DNA from: Deltaproteobacteria bacterium
Lineage (GTDB): Bacteria; Desulfobacterota; Syntrophia; Syntrophales; UBA2185
Assembly: GCA_026388545.1 (NCBI GenBank)
Contig: JAPLJS010000046.1
Coordinates: 23,396-87,395 of the forward strand
DNA length: 64,000 nt
Reading direction: 5' to 3'
The position numbers and the translations under genes are program-made. Positions within the stretch are counted from its first letter, which is position 1. Every line of letters begins with the position of its first letter. Positions 1 through 11,110 of this stretch are shown here, piece after piece. Below the pieces are notes generated by a model. It saw only the letters and a list, made by a program, of their open reading frames with translations, was not told the DNA's origin and made no database searches.

Positions 1-488
1 GCAGAGCATTTCAGGTGAATGTCAGGATCCAGCCCGAGTTCTCTATCGATCTGTTCTATAACTTGTTCAATGTTTGCAGAGGGGAGATCGATCTTGTTGA
101 TAATGGGGATGATTTCGAGGTTGTGTTCCAAGGCAAGGTAGAGATTGGCTACGGTCTGTGCCTGTACGCCTTGGGCCGCATCGATCAGGAGGAGAACGCC
201 TTCGCAGGAAGCTAAGGAACGTGAGACTTCGTAAGAAAAGTCCACATGTCCCGGTGTATCGATCAGATTAAGGTTATATGTGTTTCCGTTTTTCGCCCGA
301 TAGGGGAGAGAGATGGCCTGGCTCTTTATTGTTATCCCCCGCTCCCGCTCAATATCCATTGTATCCAATATCTGGTCTTTGCAGGTGCGTGCATCACTGA
401 CTCCGGTATACTCGATAAGCCGGTCGGCGAGGGTTGACTTGCCGTGGTCAATATGGGCGATAATACTGAAATTGCGTATGTTATTCAT
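1..488 (-). CDS. lepA: Elongation factor 4 (LepA), N-terminal part; the gene runs off the left edge of the window
   Basis: Reverse-strand translation from the ATG at 486-488 reads [42 protein letters not shown]. This is the LepA N-terminus with G1 motif AHIDHGKST. It is absent from the ORF track because no stop lies in the window. Confidence 0.88.
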   Translation of the reverse strand, partial: MNNIRNFSIIAHIDHGKSTLADRLIEYTGVSDARTCKDQILDTMDIERERGITIKSQAISLPYRAKNGNTYNLNLIDTPGHVDFSYEVSRSLASCEGVLLLIDAAQGVQAQTVANLYLALEHNLEIIPIINKIDLPSANIEQVIEQIDRELGLDPDIHLKCS

Positions 489-500
489 AATTTTACAGTC

Positions 501-533
501 AAAAAAGCCTCCCCGTACATACATGGAAGGCTT
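501..533 (-). terminator. Stem-loop plus T-run downstream of adk; possible terminator or attenuator
   Basis: The minus strand reads AAGCCTTCC-atgtatgtac-GGGGAGGCTT followed by TTTTTTG. It lies between the adk stop (560) and the lepA start (488). Confidence 0.4.
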
Positions 534-559
534 CTTGAGAACTTTATTACAGAGGTTTA

Positions 560-1234
560 CTATTTCAGCAATTCAAAGAGGTTCTTGGAGACCTCTTTAA
601 CGCCGGGAAGAGAATCCACCTGAATGACCGTTACTCTTTCTTTGAAGTAATTAACGGCAGCCTGTGTACCTTTTTTTATATCAAAATAGATGCTGTGTCT
701 CTTATCAATGGCCGCTTCATCCTGATCATCAGCGCGGGATAACAAGCCTTCGCGGCCGCATACCCGGCAAAACAACTTGCCATCCTTCTCTACGGGTAGG
801 TTTTCTTTAACATAAATATTATTTGGGTGGTTGTTGTCATTGGGACACAACCGCCTTCCCATGATACGCCTCTTTGCCATTTCCCTGCTGATTTCCAGCT
901 CAATAACATAATCCAACGTGATCTTTTCCTTCCGGAGCGCAGTCCAGAAGGCCTCCGCCTGAGTTATATTCCGCGGGAATCCGTCTAACAGCCATCCATT
1001 TTTGCAATCATTTTCTTTCAGGCGGTTCAGAAGCATGGGTATGGTGACATCATCGGGAACCAGTTCACCCTTATCAATGTAGGCCTTTGCCTCTTTTCCC
1101 AACGCCGTCCCTTTCGAGATGTTCTCTCTGAAAATCACCCCTGTTTCTACCTGCGGCATTCCAAACCTTTCGCACAGGATCGCTCCAAATGTCCCCTTAC
1201 CGCTGCCATTCGGTCCAAACATAAGAATATTCAT
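560..1234 (-). CDS. adk: Adenylate kinase
   Basis: 224 aa. P-loop [12 protein letters not shown]-binding region, and a Cys-containing lid (CPNDNNH...CRVCG). Confidence 0.93.
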   Translation of the reverse strand: MNILMFGPNGSGKGTFGAILCERFGMPQVETGVIFRENISKGTALGKEAKAYIDKGELVPDDVTIPMLLNRLKENDCKNGWLLDGFPRNITQAEAFWTALRKEKITLDYVIELEISREMAKRRIMGRRLCPNDNNHPNNIYVKENLPVEKDGKLFCRVCGREGLLSRADDQDEAAIDKRHSIYFDIKKGTQAAVNYFKERVTVIQVDSLPGVKEVSKNLFELLK

Positions 1235-1457
1235 TGTATTCGTCTCTTTCTGAAAAATATTTTTTCACGTATCGAAAAACTGTTCCTTTGTCATTTCAAC
1301 TGAAACAAGAAATTGTAAATGACGTTAGGCTCATTTTTTCAAAGCTTACATTTTAAGATGTGATGCTTATAGTAAATTACGGTTTTTTTTACAATGAAAA
1401 AATATTGCCAGTCATTTCGTTGAAGTGGCAACCTGCCACACGTAATTAATGCGAGCC

Positions 1458-1661
1458 TCATGATCCACAGGATGTCGCCGCACAGGACGAGCAGCTTGCC
1501 GATGAAGTACTGCCAACCTTTCCGCCGAATATCGACATTAACTTCTCTGTCTTTTTTGATTTGCATGCGGGGCAGGATACTGCAAGGCTTTCATTGCTGG
1601 ATCTGAATAATATCTCAAAAACGTTGCTGCATTTTTTGCATTTAAATTCGTAAATAGGCAT
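1458..1661 (-). CDS. FmdB-family zinc-ribbon protein
   Basis: 67 aa. MPIYEFKCKKC...CPACKS with a Ser/Cys-rich tail, the typical CxxC-CxxC_SSSS pattern. Confidence 0.75.
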   Translation of the reverse strand: MPIYEFKCKKCSNVFEILFRSSNESLAVSCPACKSKKTEKLMSIFGGKVGSTSSASCSSCAATSCGS

Positions 1662-1830
1662 ATTTCACTCTTTTGTTTATGATCTTTCTATTTTCAAACC
1701 TTAGACACTGAACGCCTAAAAGTCAAGGGTATAAAGACAAATTGAGGTTACTCTGTTGGTTCATGTCTCTGCCTTCTACCAACATGGCATTACCCTGAAT
1801 TGAACCATATTCTTTTATTCCTCAAACATG

Positions 1831-1950
1831 TATCAATCTTTCGAATATGCATGGGAACGATCACTAATCGTTAGTGACATAAGGTAATCAGTAGGCATCC
1901 CTGATTATGTCTGACAGATAGCGTCAATCTATTTATTTTCTTCTGTAGTC
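1831..1950 (+). repeat. Repeat family A, copy 1 (about 120 nt, hairpin-rich)
   Basis: Near-identical to 3841-3964, with about 8 substitutions and two short indels by eye. Contains stems AACGAT/ATCGTT and GACA..TAATCAG-loop-CTGATTA-TGTC. Confidence 0.85.
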
Positions 1951-1955
1951 ACCGT

Positions 1956-1984
1956 TTGACATAACCCAAAGGAAAGCGTAGATT
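1956..1984 (+). promoter_or_regulatory. Candidate sigma70 promoter for ygiQ
   Basis: TTGACA (1956-1961), 17-nt spacer, TAGATT (1979-1984), about 45 nt upstream of the ATG at 2030. Confidence 0.35.
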
Positions 1985-2029
1985 ACATTCAATATTCCCC
2001 CTCTGTGCCGGAGGATCTTGATTTAAAAC

Positions 2030-3727
2030 ATGTTCGTTCCAACAACAAGCGAGGAATTAAAAAAATTAAAGTGGGACAAGCTTGATGTAATTCTCGTTAC
2101 CGGAGATACTTACATTGACAGCCCTTTTATCGGTGTTTCCTTAATTGGCAATGTTCTTGCCGGCGCGGGATATCGTGTGGGAATCATCGCCCAACCTGAT
2201 ATTCATAGCGATATTGATATCTGCCGGTTGGGAGAACCTCGCCTATTCTGGGGAATCACCGGCGGTTGTATGGATTCTCTGGTCGCCAACTATACAGCTA
2301 CCAGGAAAAAAAGGCTGACCGATGACTTGACCGCGGGAGGGAAAAATAACCGCCGCCCCGATCGCGCTGTGGTTGTCTATTCCAATCTCATCCGGCAGTA
2401 TTTTAAAAATACCAAACCGCTGGTGCTGGGCGGGGTAGAGTCAAGTCTGCGCCGCATCGCCCATTATGATTTCTGGTCTGATTCTATCCGCCGGTCGATT
2501 CTGTTTGATGCCCGTGCTGATATTCTTATCTATGGCATGGCCGAAAAGGCTATTCTTGAACTGGCGAAAAAACTAAACAGCGGACAGGAGACAAAAGACA
2601 TTCGCGGCACTTGCTATATTTCATCAGCTCCACAGCCCGATTACACCGAATTACCCGCCTACGAGGAAGTTGTTACAAATAAAAAATCTTTCATGAAAAT
2701 GTTCGATACATTTTATCACAATAATGATCCGTTGACCGCGAAAGGTTTGTTTCAGCAGCACGGCCCGCGTTACCTTGTGCAAAACCCGCCGCAACCAGCT
2801 TTGACTGTGGCTGAATTAGATCTATTATACGCTCTTGATTTCGCCCGCGATGTTCACCCTTATTACCGGACCTGGGGCAAAGTACGGGCAATGGAAACCA
2901 TTAAATTTTCGATAACGACTCATCGCGGTTGTTTTGGTGAGTGCAATTTCTGTTCGATCGGTCTTCATGAAGGAAGAACTATAATCAGCCGCAGTGAGAA
3001 ATCAATACTTGACGAGGCGAAAAAAATTACTGAGCTGCCCGATTTTAAAGGTTACATTCTGGATGCCGGCGGTTCCACAGCGAATATGTATGGTATTGAT
3101 TGCCGGCGCAAGCAGACTCAAGGCGCCTGCCAGGACAAGAGATGTCTTTATCCGCAAGTATGTGCGTCCTTGAAAGCTGATCACAGCCGCCAGATTAATT
3201 TACTCGAACGCCTGCGTAAGATCAAAGGCGTCAAAAAAGTATTTGTAGCATCCGGTATCAGATACGATTTGCTTTTCAGCGATAAGAAGCATTGCGCAAG
3301 TTACATGCAGGGGCTGATCAAACATCATATTTCCGGCCAGTTGAAGGTGGCGCCGGAACATACTGCTCCACGTGTCCTGAAGCTGATGGGTAAGCCGCAG
3401 GCTAAGTCATTGACAGACTTCAAACAGCTTTTTGAAAAAATGACTGAATCATCAGAGCAGAAACAATTTCTTACTTATTACTTTATTGCTGCCCATCCGG
3501 GATGCGAAGAAGAAGATATGCGCGAACTTAAATCTTTCGCCACCAGAGAGCTGAAAATTAATCCGCAGCAGATACAGATATTTACACCACTTCCTTCCAC
3601 TTATTCCGGGCTGATGTATTTTACCGGAATTGATCCCTTTACCGGCAGGAAGATTTTCGTGGAAAAGAATATCGCGAAAAAACAGAGGCAAAAAGATATT
3701 GTTGTTGGAAGAAAAGTTAGCAAATAG
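2030..3727 (+). CDS. ygiQ: YgiQ-family radical SAM protein (UPF0313)
   Basis: 565 aa. N-terminus DVILVTGDTYIDSPFIGVSLIGNVL..GYRVGIIAQPD and radical-SAM cluster motif HRGCFGECNFCSI. Confidence 0.9.
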   Translation: MFVPTTSEELKKLKWDKLDVILVTGDTYIDSPFIGVSLIGNVLAGAGYRVGIIAQPDIHSDIDICRLGEPRLFWGITGGCMDSLVANYTATRKKRLTDDLTAGGKNNRRPDRAVVVYSNLIRQYFKNTKPLVLGGVESSLRRIAHYDFWSDSIRRSILFDARADILIYGMAEKAILELAKKLNSGQETKDIRGTCYISSAPQPDYTELPAYEEVVTNKKSFMKMFDTFYHNNDPLTAKGLFQQHGPRYLVQNPPQPALTVAELDLLYALDFARDVHPYYRTWGKVRAMETIKFSITTHRGCFGECNFCSIGLHEGRTIISRSEKSILDEAKKITELPDFKGYILDAGGSTANMYGIDCRRKQTQGACQDKRCLYPQVCASLKADHSRQINLLERLRKIKGVKKVFVASGIRYDLLFSDKKHCASYMQGLIKHHISGQLKVAPEHTAPRVLKLMGKPQAKSLTDFKQLFEKMTESSEQKQFLTYYFIAAHPGCEEEDMRELKSFATRELKINPQQIQIFTPLPSTYSGLMYFTGIDPFTGRKIFVEKNIAKKQRQKDIVVGRKVSK

Positions 3728-3740
3728 GATTAGATCGTTT

Positions 3741-3840
3741 GACAACTTCGTAAAAAGTCAAATAGCATCAAGAACATCATTCCGGCGAACACCCTGATAA
3801 CCTGAAGGTTACGCGAGGGCACGAGAGCCGGAATCCAGTG
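3741..3840 (+). repeat. Composite degenerate repeat: TAAAAAGTC motif plus nested inverted repeats
   Basis: GACAACTTCGTAAAAAGTCA (3741-3760), then ATTCCGGC (3779-3786) ... TAACCT-ga-AGGTTA ... GCCGGAAT (3827-3834). It abuts repeat A copy 2. Confidence 0.7.
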
Positions 3841-3964
3841 TATCAATTTTTCGAATATGCATGTGAACGACCAGCAATCGTTAGTGACATCAGTTAATCA
3901 GTAGACATCCCTGATTATGTCTGACAGATAGCGTCAATCTATTTATTGTTTTCTTCCTGTAGTC
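3841..3964 (+). repeat. Repeat family A, copy 2
   Basis: Direct repeat of 1831-1950 in the same orientation. Confidence 0.85.
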
Positions 3965-4162
3965 TTGTTTTTGGCAATTTTCTTCAGAATGCAACATTTC
4001 AAATGAAACTCAGCAATGTAAGGCAAATTACGGAATCGAATTTTCCCTTTGACTGTCCGTGCAGATGAGAGTATGGTTTACTATCCCTAATTAATCTAAC
4101 AACCTAACATCTAGCCTTTTGGAGTGTGGTATGAGAGCGTGCTTCCGAAAGGTACCAATATG

Positions 4163-4219
4163 AAGCCTCCACGGGGACATCAATGTCCTTATGGGGGCTT
4201 TTCTGTATCTGATTTTTGT
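4163..4219 (+). terminator. Terminator-like hairpin in the 5' leader of the MBL-fold gene; possible attenuator
   Basis: AAGCCTCCA (4163-4171) pairs with TGGGGGCTT (4192-4200) and encloses the palindrome GGACAT-ca-ATGTCC. It is followed by the T-rich tract ttctgtatctgattttt and ends about 25 nt before the RBS TGGAGGTGG. Confidence 0.3.
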
Positions 4220-4242
4220 GAATTCAAAATTGGAGGTGGGTT

Positions 4243-5286
4243 ATGAAAGACGGAATGGACCGCAGAGAATTTCTGAAGTTTTCCATCGCAACGGGTGTGC
4301 TTATCGCGGCAGGAGATGAAATAATAGAAAGCGTGATGGCACAGGCTAACAGGGGAGTCACCGAAGTAGATAAGTTGACTGTTTGGGTGGTGACGGACAA
4401 TTACTATGATGCGAATAGACGGGACAGCAAGATCACGAAGAGGTACCGTGTGGGGCCCGGCAAGTCGATCCACGCCGAACACGGGCTCTCTTTTTATTTG
4501 GAGACGGTGGTCAACGGGAAGAAGAGCACCTGCATGTACGATTATGGACTCTACCCGGTGGGCGTGATGAATAACATAGCATTGCTGGGTCTTGACATTG
4601 GAAAGACAAATGCCTTCAGCCTGAGCCATGGCCATTATGATCACTTTATGGGTGCAGTCAGTATCCTGAAACAGAATCAGTCACGGATCGCCGGAGGGAC
4701 GCCATTCTATGTAGGTGAGGAGGCTTTTGCGCGGAGATACAAGCTCAATCCCGGAGCAACTGAGCTTGCAGATATCGGACAGCTGAGGAAAGAAGATATC
4801 GAAGCTCTGGGGCTGAAGGTTGTGGAGGTGAAAACCCCGATAGAGATCGTCCCCGGCGCATACTTTACCGGGAAAATCGAGCGAGTTACAGCCTATGAGA
4901 AAGCGCCGACGAACTTAAAAATAAAGCGCGGCGAAAAGATCGAGAACGATACTTTTCCGGGTGAACAAGGTCTCTTCTTCAATATAAAAGGAAAAGGCCT
5001 GGTGGTTCTTTCCGGTTGTGCGCATGCAGGGATCGTTAATACAGTCAAACAGGCGCAAAAAGTTGCTGGCATAGACAAGGTCCACACGGTAATGGGAGGT
5101 TTTCATCTCATTAATGCGAAGCCTGAGGTCATCCAGAATACGGTGGCCGATATAAAAGCGATGAAGCCGGACTATATCCTGCCGACCCATTGCACTGGAT
5201 TCGAAGCAATCGTATCCTTCAGCAGGGAGATGCCGAACGAATTCATTCTTAATACTGCTGGAACCAAGTATTCCTTTGGGGCGTAA
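4243..5286 (+). CDS. MBL-fold metallo-hydrolase with a twin-arginine (Tat) signal
   Basis: 347 aa. The N-terminus MDRREFLKFSIATGVLIAAG matches a Tat motif, and SHGHYDHFMG is the HxHxDH metal-binding motif. Strong RBS. Confidence 0.8.
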   Translation: MKDGMDRREFLKFSIATGVLIAAGDEIIESVMAQANRGVTEVDKLTVWVVTDNYYDANRRDSKITKRYRVGPGKSIHAEHGLSFYLETVVNGKKSTCMYDYGLYPVGVMNNIALLGLDIGKTNAFSLSHGHYDHFMGAVSILKQNQSRIAGGTPFYVGEEAFARRYKLNPGATELADIGQLRKEDIEALGLKVVEVKTPIEIVPGAYFTGKIERVTAYEKAPTNLKIKRGEKIENDTFPGEQGLFFNIKGKGLVVLSGCAHAGIVNTVKQAQKVAGIDKVHTVMGGFHLINAKPEVIQNTVADIKAMKPDYILPTHCTGFEAIVSFSREMPNEFILNTAGTKYSFGA

Positions 5287-5697
5287 GCGTCAAAACGGGA
5301 TATAGGCGTATTCCGCGCCAAGGGTCAGCAAAGGGGGCAAGAACTGGTCAACTTCGGCTAAAAGGCTGATGCGATACAGAGGGTAGGATCGTGGACCATA
5401 ATGAAAACCAAGAAAGGGGGATAGGCAATTTCTCGATAAGAACAGCCTGTCTCCCTCGGGTACCTCTTACCTAAGTCACATTGCCTTTCTCACTTTCCAA
5501 TGGAAATGAACAAATCTTGATGTGCTATTGACCCGCTCTTTGTAGGTGGATACAGCGATTTTAAATAGCAACCCGATGTGAAAAATGTTGAAGGGAATAT
5601 TTCTTGACTGTAAGTGTAATTTCTTGAACCAGGGATACTATAAGCCATTGAACTCGATATTGATTTAAAGAAACGTGGACCGGAACATCCATGTCCT

Positions 5698-5888
5698 GAA
5701 CTTCATAAAAAAGTCTTCAATTCAGTATTTTCTTAAAGAAGACGTAACTTCGCAATCGTAATACTTCCAAATAAACCCGAAGGGTGCAATCAGAAAATCC
5801 GAAACATTCCTGGATTCAATCTTTAGCAGGTATGACTGGGAGGTGGCTATATTTCTGAATTCTCGCCTTTGCGGGAATCACAGGGAGG
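5698..5888 (+). repeat. Degenerate composite repeat: TAAAAAGTC-like motif plus two tandem units of about 45 nt
   Basis: GAACTTCATAAAAAAGTCTTC (5698-5718). Tandem units are TGGATTCAATCTTTAGCAGGTATGACTGGGAGG (from about 5811) and TGAATTCTCGCCTTTGCGGGAATCACAGGGAGG (from about 5856). These produce the repeated peptide PVIPAK in the spurious ORF 5816..6052. Confidence 0.6.
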
Positions 5889-6069
5889 CGGATAGATTTG
5901 TAGTTTCCTGCCTGTGCGAGAAAGACAAGGGAATGATTGGAAATGACTGTATTTAAGCATTTAGTAGCCGGAGCAATAATTTGAGGCAATTCGTCATATT
6001 GACGTAACAGGCATGCTGTGTTAATGACCTGCGAGATACATTGCATTCGCATGCGTTGAGGAGTTCATT

Positions 6070-7251
6070 ATGCCTATTTCCAGAAAAGTGCACGGATATA
6101 TTTCTCAGTCTTCATGGATCAGAAAGATGTTTGAGGAGGGGAACCTCTTAAAGAAGCAATACGGGGCCGGGAATGTATTTGATTTCAGCCTCGGTAATCC
6201 AAGCGTCGAGCCACCGGTTGAGTTTAAGGAAACGCTCCGCAAGATTGCAGGAGAGGATCTTCCCGGCATTCATGGATATATGTCAAATGCGGGATACCTG
6301 GAGACGAGAGAGGCTATTGCCGCGTCTGTCAGCAAAGAACACGGTATGTCTCTGAATGCCGATCACGTTATTGTAACCTGCGGCGCAGCAGGGGCGCTCA
6401 ATGTGATTTGTAAGGATTTCCTTTAGCCGGGCGACGAGGTTCTTATTCCCACGCCATGTTTCCTGGAATACCGGTTTTATGTCGATAACGCAAACGGCGT
6501 TGCAACATTCGTAAAGACAAAAGCCGATTTTTCCCTCGATCTCAATGCGATACGAGATGCTCTTACGGAAAAGACAAAGATATTCCTCATCAATTCTCCC
6601 AATAATCCGACGGGGAAAGTGTACGATGAAGCATCGATACGAGGGCTTGCTGAACTTTTGGAAGAGAGGAGCAGGGCATACGGCAGGGATATTTACCTTG
6701 TATCAGACGAGCCCTACAGAGATATTGTCTATGACGGCGTCACGGTCCCGAGCTTATTGAAGGCCTATAGAAACAGCATGATTGCCACTTCCTATTCGAA
6801 AAGTCTTTCCCTTGCCGGTGAAAGGATTGGATATTTAGCGGTAAATCCGGGCATATCCGATTTTGAAGAGGTTATGAGCGGCCTGATTCTGTACAACAGG
6901 ACTCTCGGTTTTGTCAATGCCCCTGCACTTATGCAGAGGGTAATAGCAAAGATACAGGGCGTGAAGATTAATGTGGGGGAATACTGGAGGAAGAGAGAGC
7001 TCCTCTGCGACGGCCTTTCATCCTTAGGTTATGAATTTTCAAGGCCGGATGGGAGCTTTTACCTCTTTCCCAGGACACCGATTGAAGATGATATTGAATT
7101 TGTCAGGGCGTTGCAGAAGAGGCGAATACTGACGGTTCCCGGCAGCGGTTTCGGAGGGCCGGGGTATTTCAGGATTGCATTTTGTGTTGATGATGCCACC
7201 ATCATAAATTCAATGGAGGGTTTTGGAGAGACGTTTACGGAATACCGTTAG
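6070..7251 (+). pseudogene. Class I/II (AspC-like) PLP aminotransferase interrupted by one in-frame TAG at 6424-6426
   Basis: ORFs 6070..6426 and 6619..7251 are in the same frame. Translation across the gap reads ...ALNVICKDFL*PGDEVLIPTPCFLEYRFY..., a continuous aminotransferase sequence. The SYSKSLSLAGERIGY region carries the PLP lysine. Confidence 0.7.
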
Positions 7252-7520
7252 GTGATAATGCGAAAGTCCCGGAATTCTCCGGTATAGGTTTGCTCGCTCG
7301 CTTCGAGTTCATTGACAATAGCGTGCGGTGGTCCTTTTTTACACCATTCCAGCATTGACTGAACATTTGTATCTTCCCCTTCAAAGACGATTTCAACTCT
7401 GCCATCGGGAAGATTTCTTACCCATCCGGTTAGTTTTAAAGCCAGGGCGGTCTCTCTGGTATATGCCCGGAAGAAGACGCCCTGGACCCTCCCGGAAACG
7501 ATAACGTGCATCCTATTCAT
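7248..7520 (-). CDS. acyP: Acylphosphatase
   Basis: 90 aa. VSGRVQGVFFRAYT...GWVRNLPDGRVEIVFEG. Confidence 0.9.
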   Translation of the reverse strand: MNRMHVIVSGRVQGVFFRAYTRETALALKLTGWVRNLPDGRVEIVFEGEDTNVQSMLEWCKKGPPHAIVNELEASEQTYTGEFRDFRIIT

Positions 7521-7536
7521 TTCTTTACTTCTTGCC

Positions 7537-9975
<2,439 letters not shown>

Positions 9976-10010
9976 GATTACGATTACCTTTTATTGGATT
10001 TTTTAAATAG

Positions 10011-11045
10011 TTACGATAGCTTTGAAAGAGAGGATTGAAGATTTTCTTTCTTTTTTTGAAGGCCGAGTTTACTTCTTATATTTTTCCTGTGAAAATCAAC
10101 GGTCCTTCCGGAGACATTCAGCAACGCTGCTATGTCTTTGCTGATCTTTCCCTCTTTGATAAGATTCGCGACCTGAATTTCCTTGGAAGTAAGGTTTAGA
10201 TATTTTGAGGACAACGTTTGTGAAAACGAAGATGTAATATTTTTAAGATTTGATTCGATGATATTTACGTATACTGCGGCTTTGGTTTCTTTTAAAATGG
10301 TCTTTTTCAATTTTTTAATATGGGGCATAATGAGGTTCTTGATATTTGCCATTACCCACTCTTCGAGAGATTTTTTATCTGCTTGCCTCTGGTTGAGCAA
10401 AACTTTCAGGGCGGTATTGAATTCCTCAAGCTTCTGGGATTTGAGCTCCAAATTCACCTCTGTGCGCTTACGCTCTTCAATTTCTTCACTCAGTTGACGG
10501 TTTTTCAGCAAGAGTTCGGTAGTTCGCTCCTCTACCATCAATTCTAAATTCTCGTTTGCTTGCCGCAGGGCCTCTTCTGCTTGCCGTTGTTCCGACAATG
10601 TTGCAGTTAGTCGGGAAATCAGGTATTTTTCATTGTCTTTTTTTTTCTTCAACTCTACATGTGTACGGACCCTGGCAAGTAATTCAGCAGAGTTAAAGGG
10701 TTTTGTCACATAATCCACAGCTCCTGCATCGAATCCCTTCACGATGTCTTCAATTTCATCCTTCACGGTTAGAAATATGACGGGAATGTCCATTGTGCTC
10801 GCTAATCCCTTCAATGTTCTACAGACTTCAAAACCATCCATTCCGGGCATCATTACATCCAAAAGAATAAGATCGGGCAAAATCTTCTCGACATTATCCA
10901 AAGCCTGTCTACCGTTCATGGCAACCACGGTCTGATATCCTTCCATGCTGAGGGCCGTCGCCATGATTTGAATCTCTATCCGGGTGTCATCAACAATCAA
11001 AACAATTGGTCGTTTCGGTTCTGAAGGAATACAATCATTGTTCAT
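10011..11045 (-). CDS. Response regulator: REC, coiled coil, LuxR/GerE-type HTH
   Basis: 344 aa. REC (LILLDVMMPGMDG...DYVTKPF), a long heptad-rich linker, and C-terminal LTSKEIQVANLIKEGKISKDIAALLNVSGRTVDFHRKNIRSKLGL. Confidence 0.9.
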   Translation of the reverse strand: MNNDCIPSEPKRPIVLIVDDTRIEIQIMATALSMEGYQTVVAMNGRQALDNVEKILPDLILLDVMMPGMDGFEVCRTLKGLASTMDIPVIFLTVKDEIEDIVKGFDAGAVDYVTKPFNSAELLARVRTHVELKKKKDNEKYLISRLTATLSEQRQAEEALRQANENLELMVEERTTELLLKNRQLSEEIEERKRTEVNLELKSQKLEEFNTALKVLLNQRQADKKSLEEWVMANIKNLIMPHIKKLKKTILKETKAAVYVNIIESNLKNITSSFSQTLSSKYLNLTSKEIQVANLIKEGKISKDIAALLNVSGRTVDFHRKNIRSKLGLQKKKENLQSSLSKLS

Positions 11046-11110
11046 CGTTTAACGGCTCCTCGAACATATTACCATTTTCTTCACTTTATTGTGCTCCATA
11101 TTCGGCATAA

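Noticed and set aside
1339-1566. 75-aa ORF overlapping the FmdB-type zinc-ribbon gene in another frame.
   Set aside because: The overlapping 67-aa frame has the clear FmdB CxxC...CxxC signature, and this one has none.
4100-4200. Possible Moco-type riboswitch, based on the strings CCGAAAGG and GCCTCC in the leader of the MBL-fold gene.
   Set aside because: I cannot reproduce the consensus structure from memory, and the downstream gene is not a typical Moco-regulated function. Only the generic attenuator-like hairpin is reported.
5816-6052. 78-aa ORF containing the duplicated peptide LPVIPAKA/LPVIPAKD.
   Set aside because: The duplication is the translation of two tandem degenerate intergenic repeat units (about 5811 and about 5856). 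There is no RBS and no coding-like composition. I treated it as repeat-derived.
6424-6426. The in-frame TAG interpreted as a pyrrolysine codon.
   Set aside because: No pyl genes or methylamine methyltransferases are in the window, and the position is an ordinary surface or turn residue in aminotransferases. This stays a check to run, not a claim.
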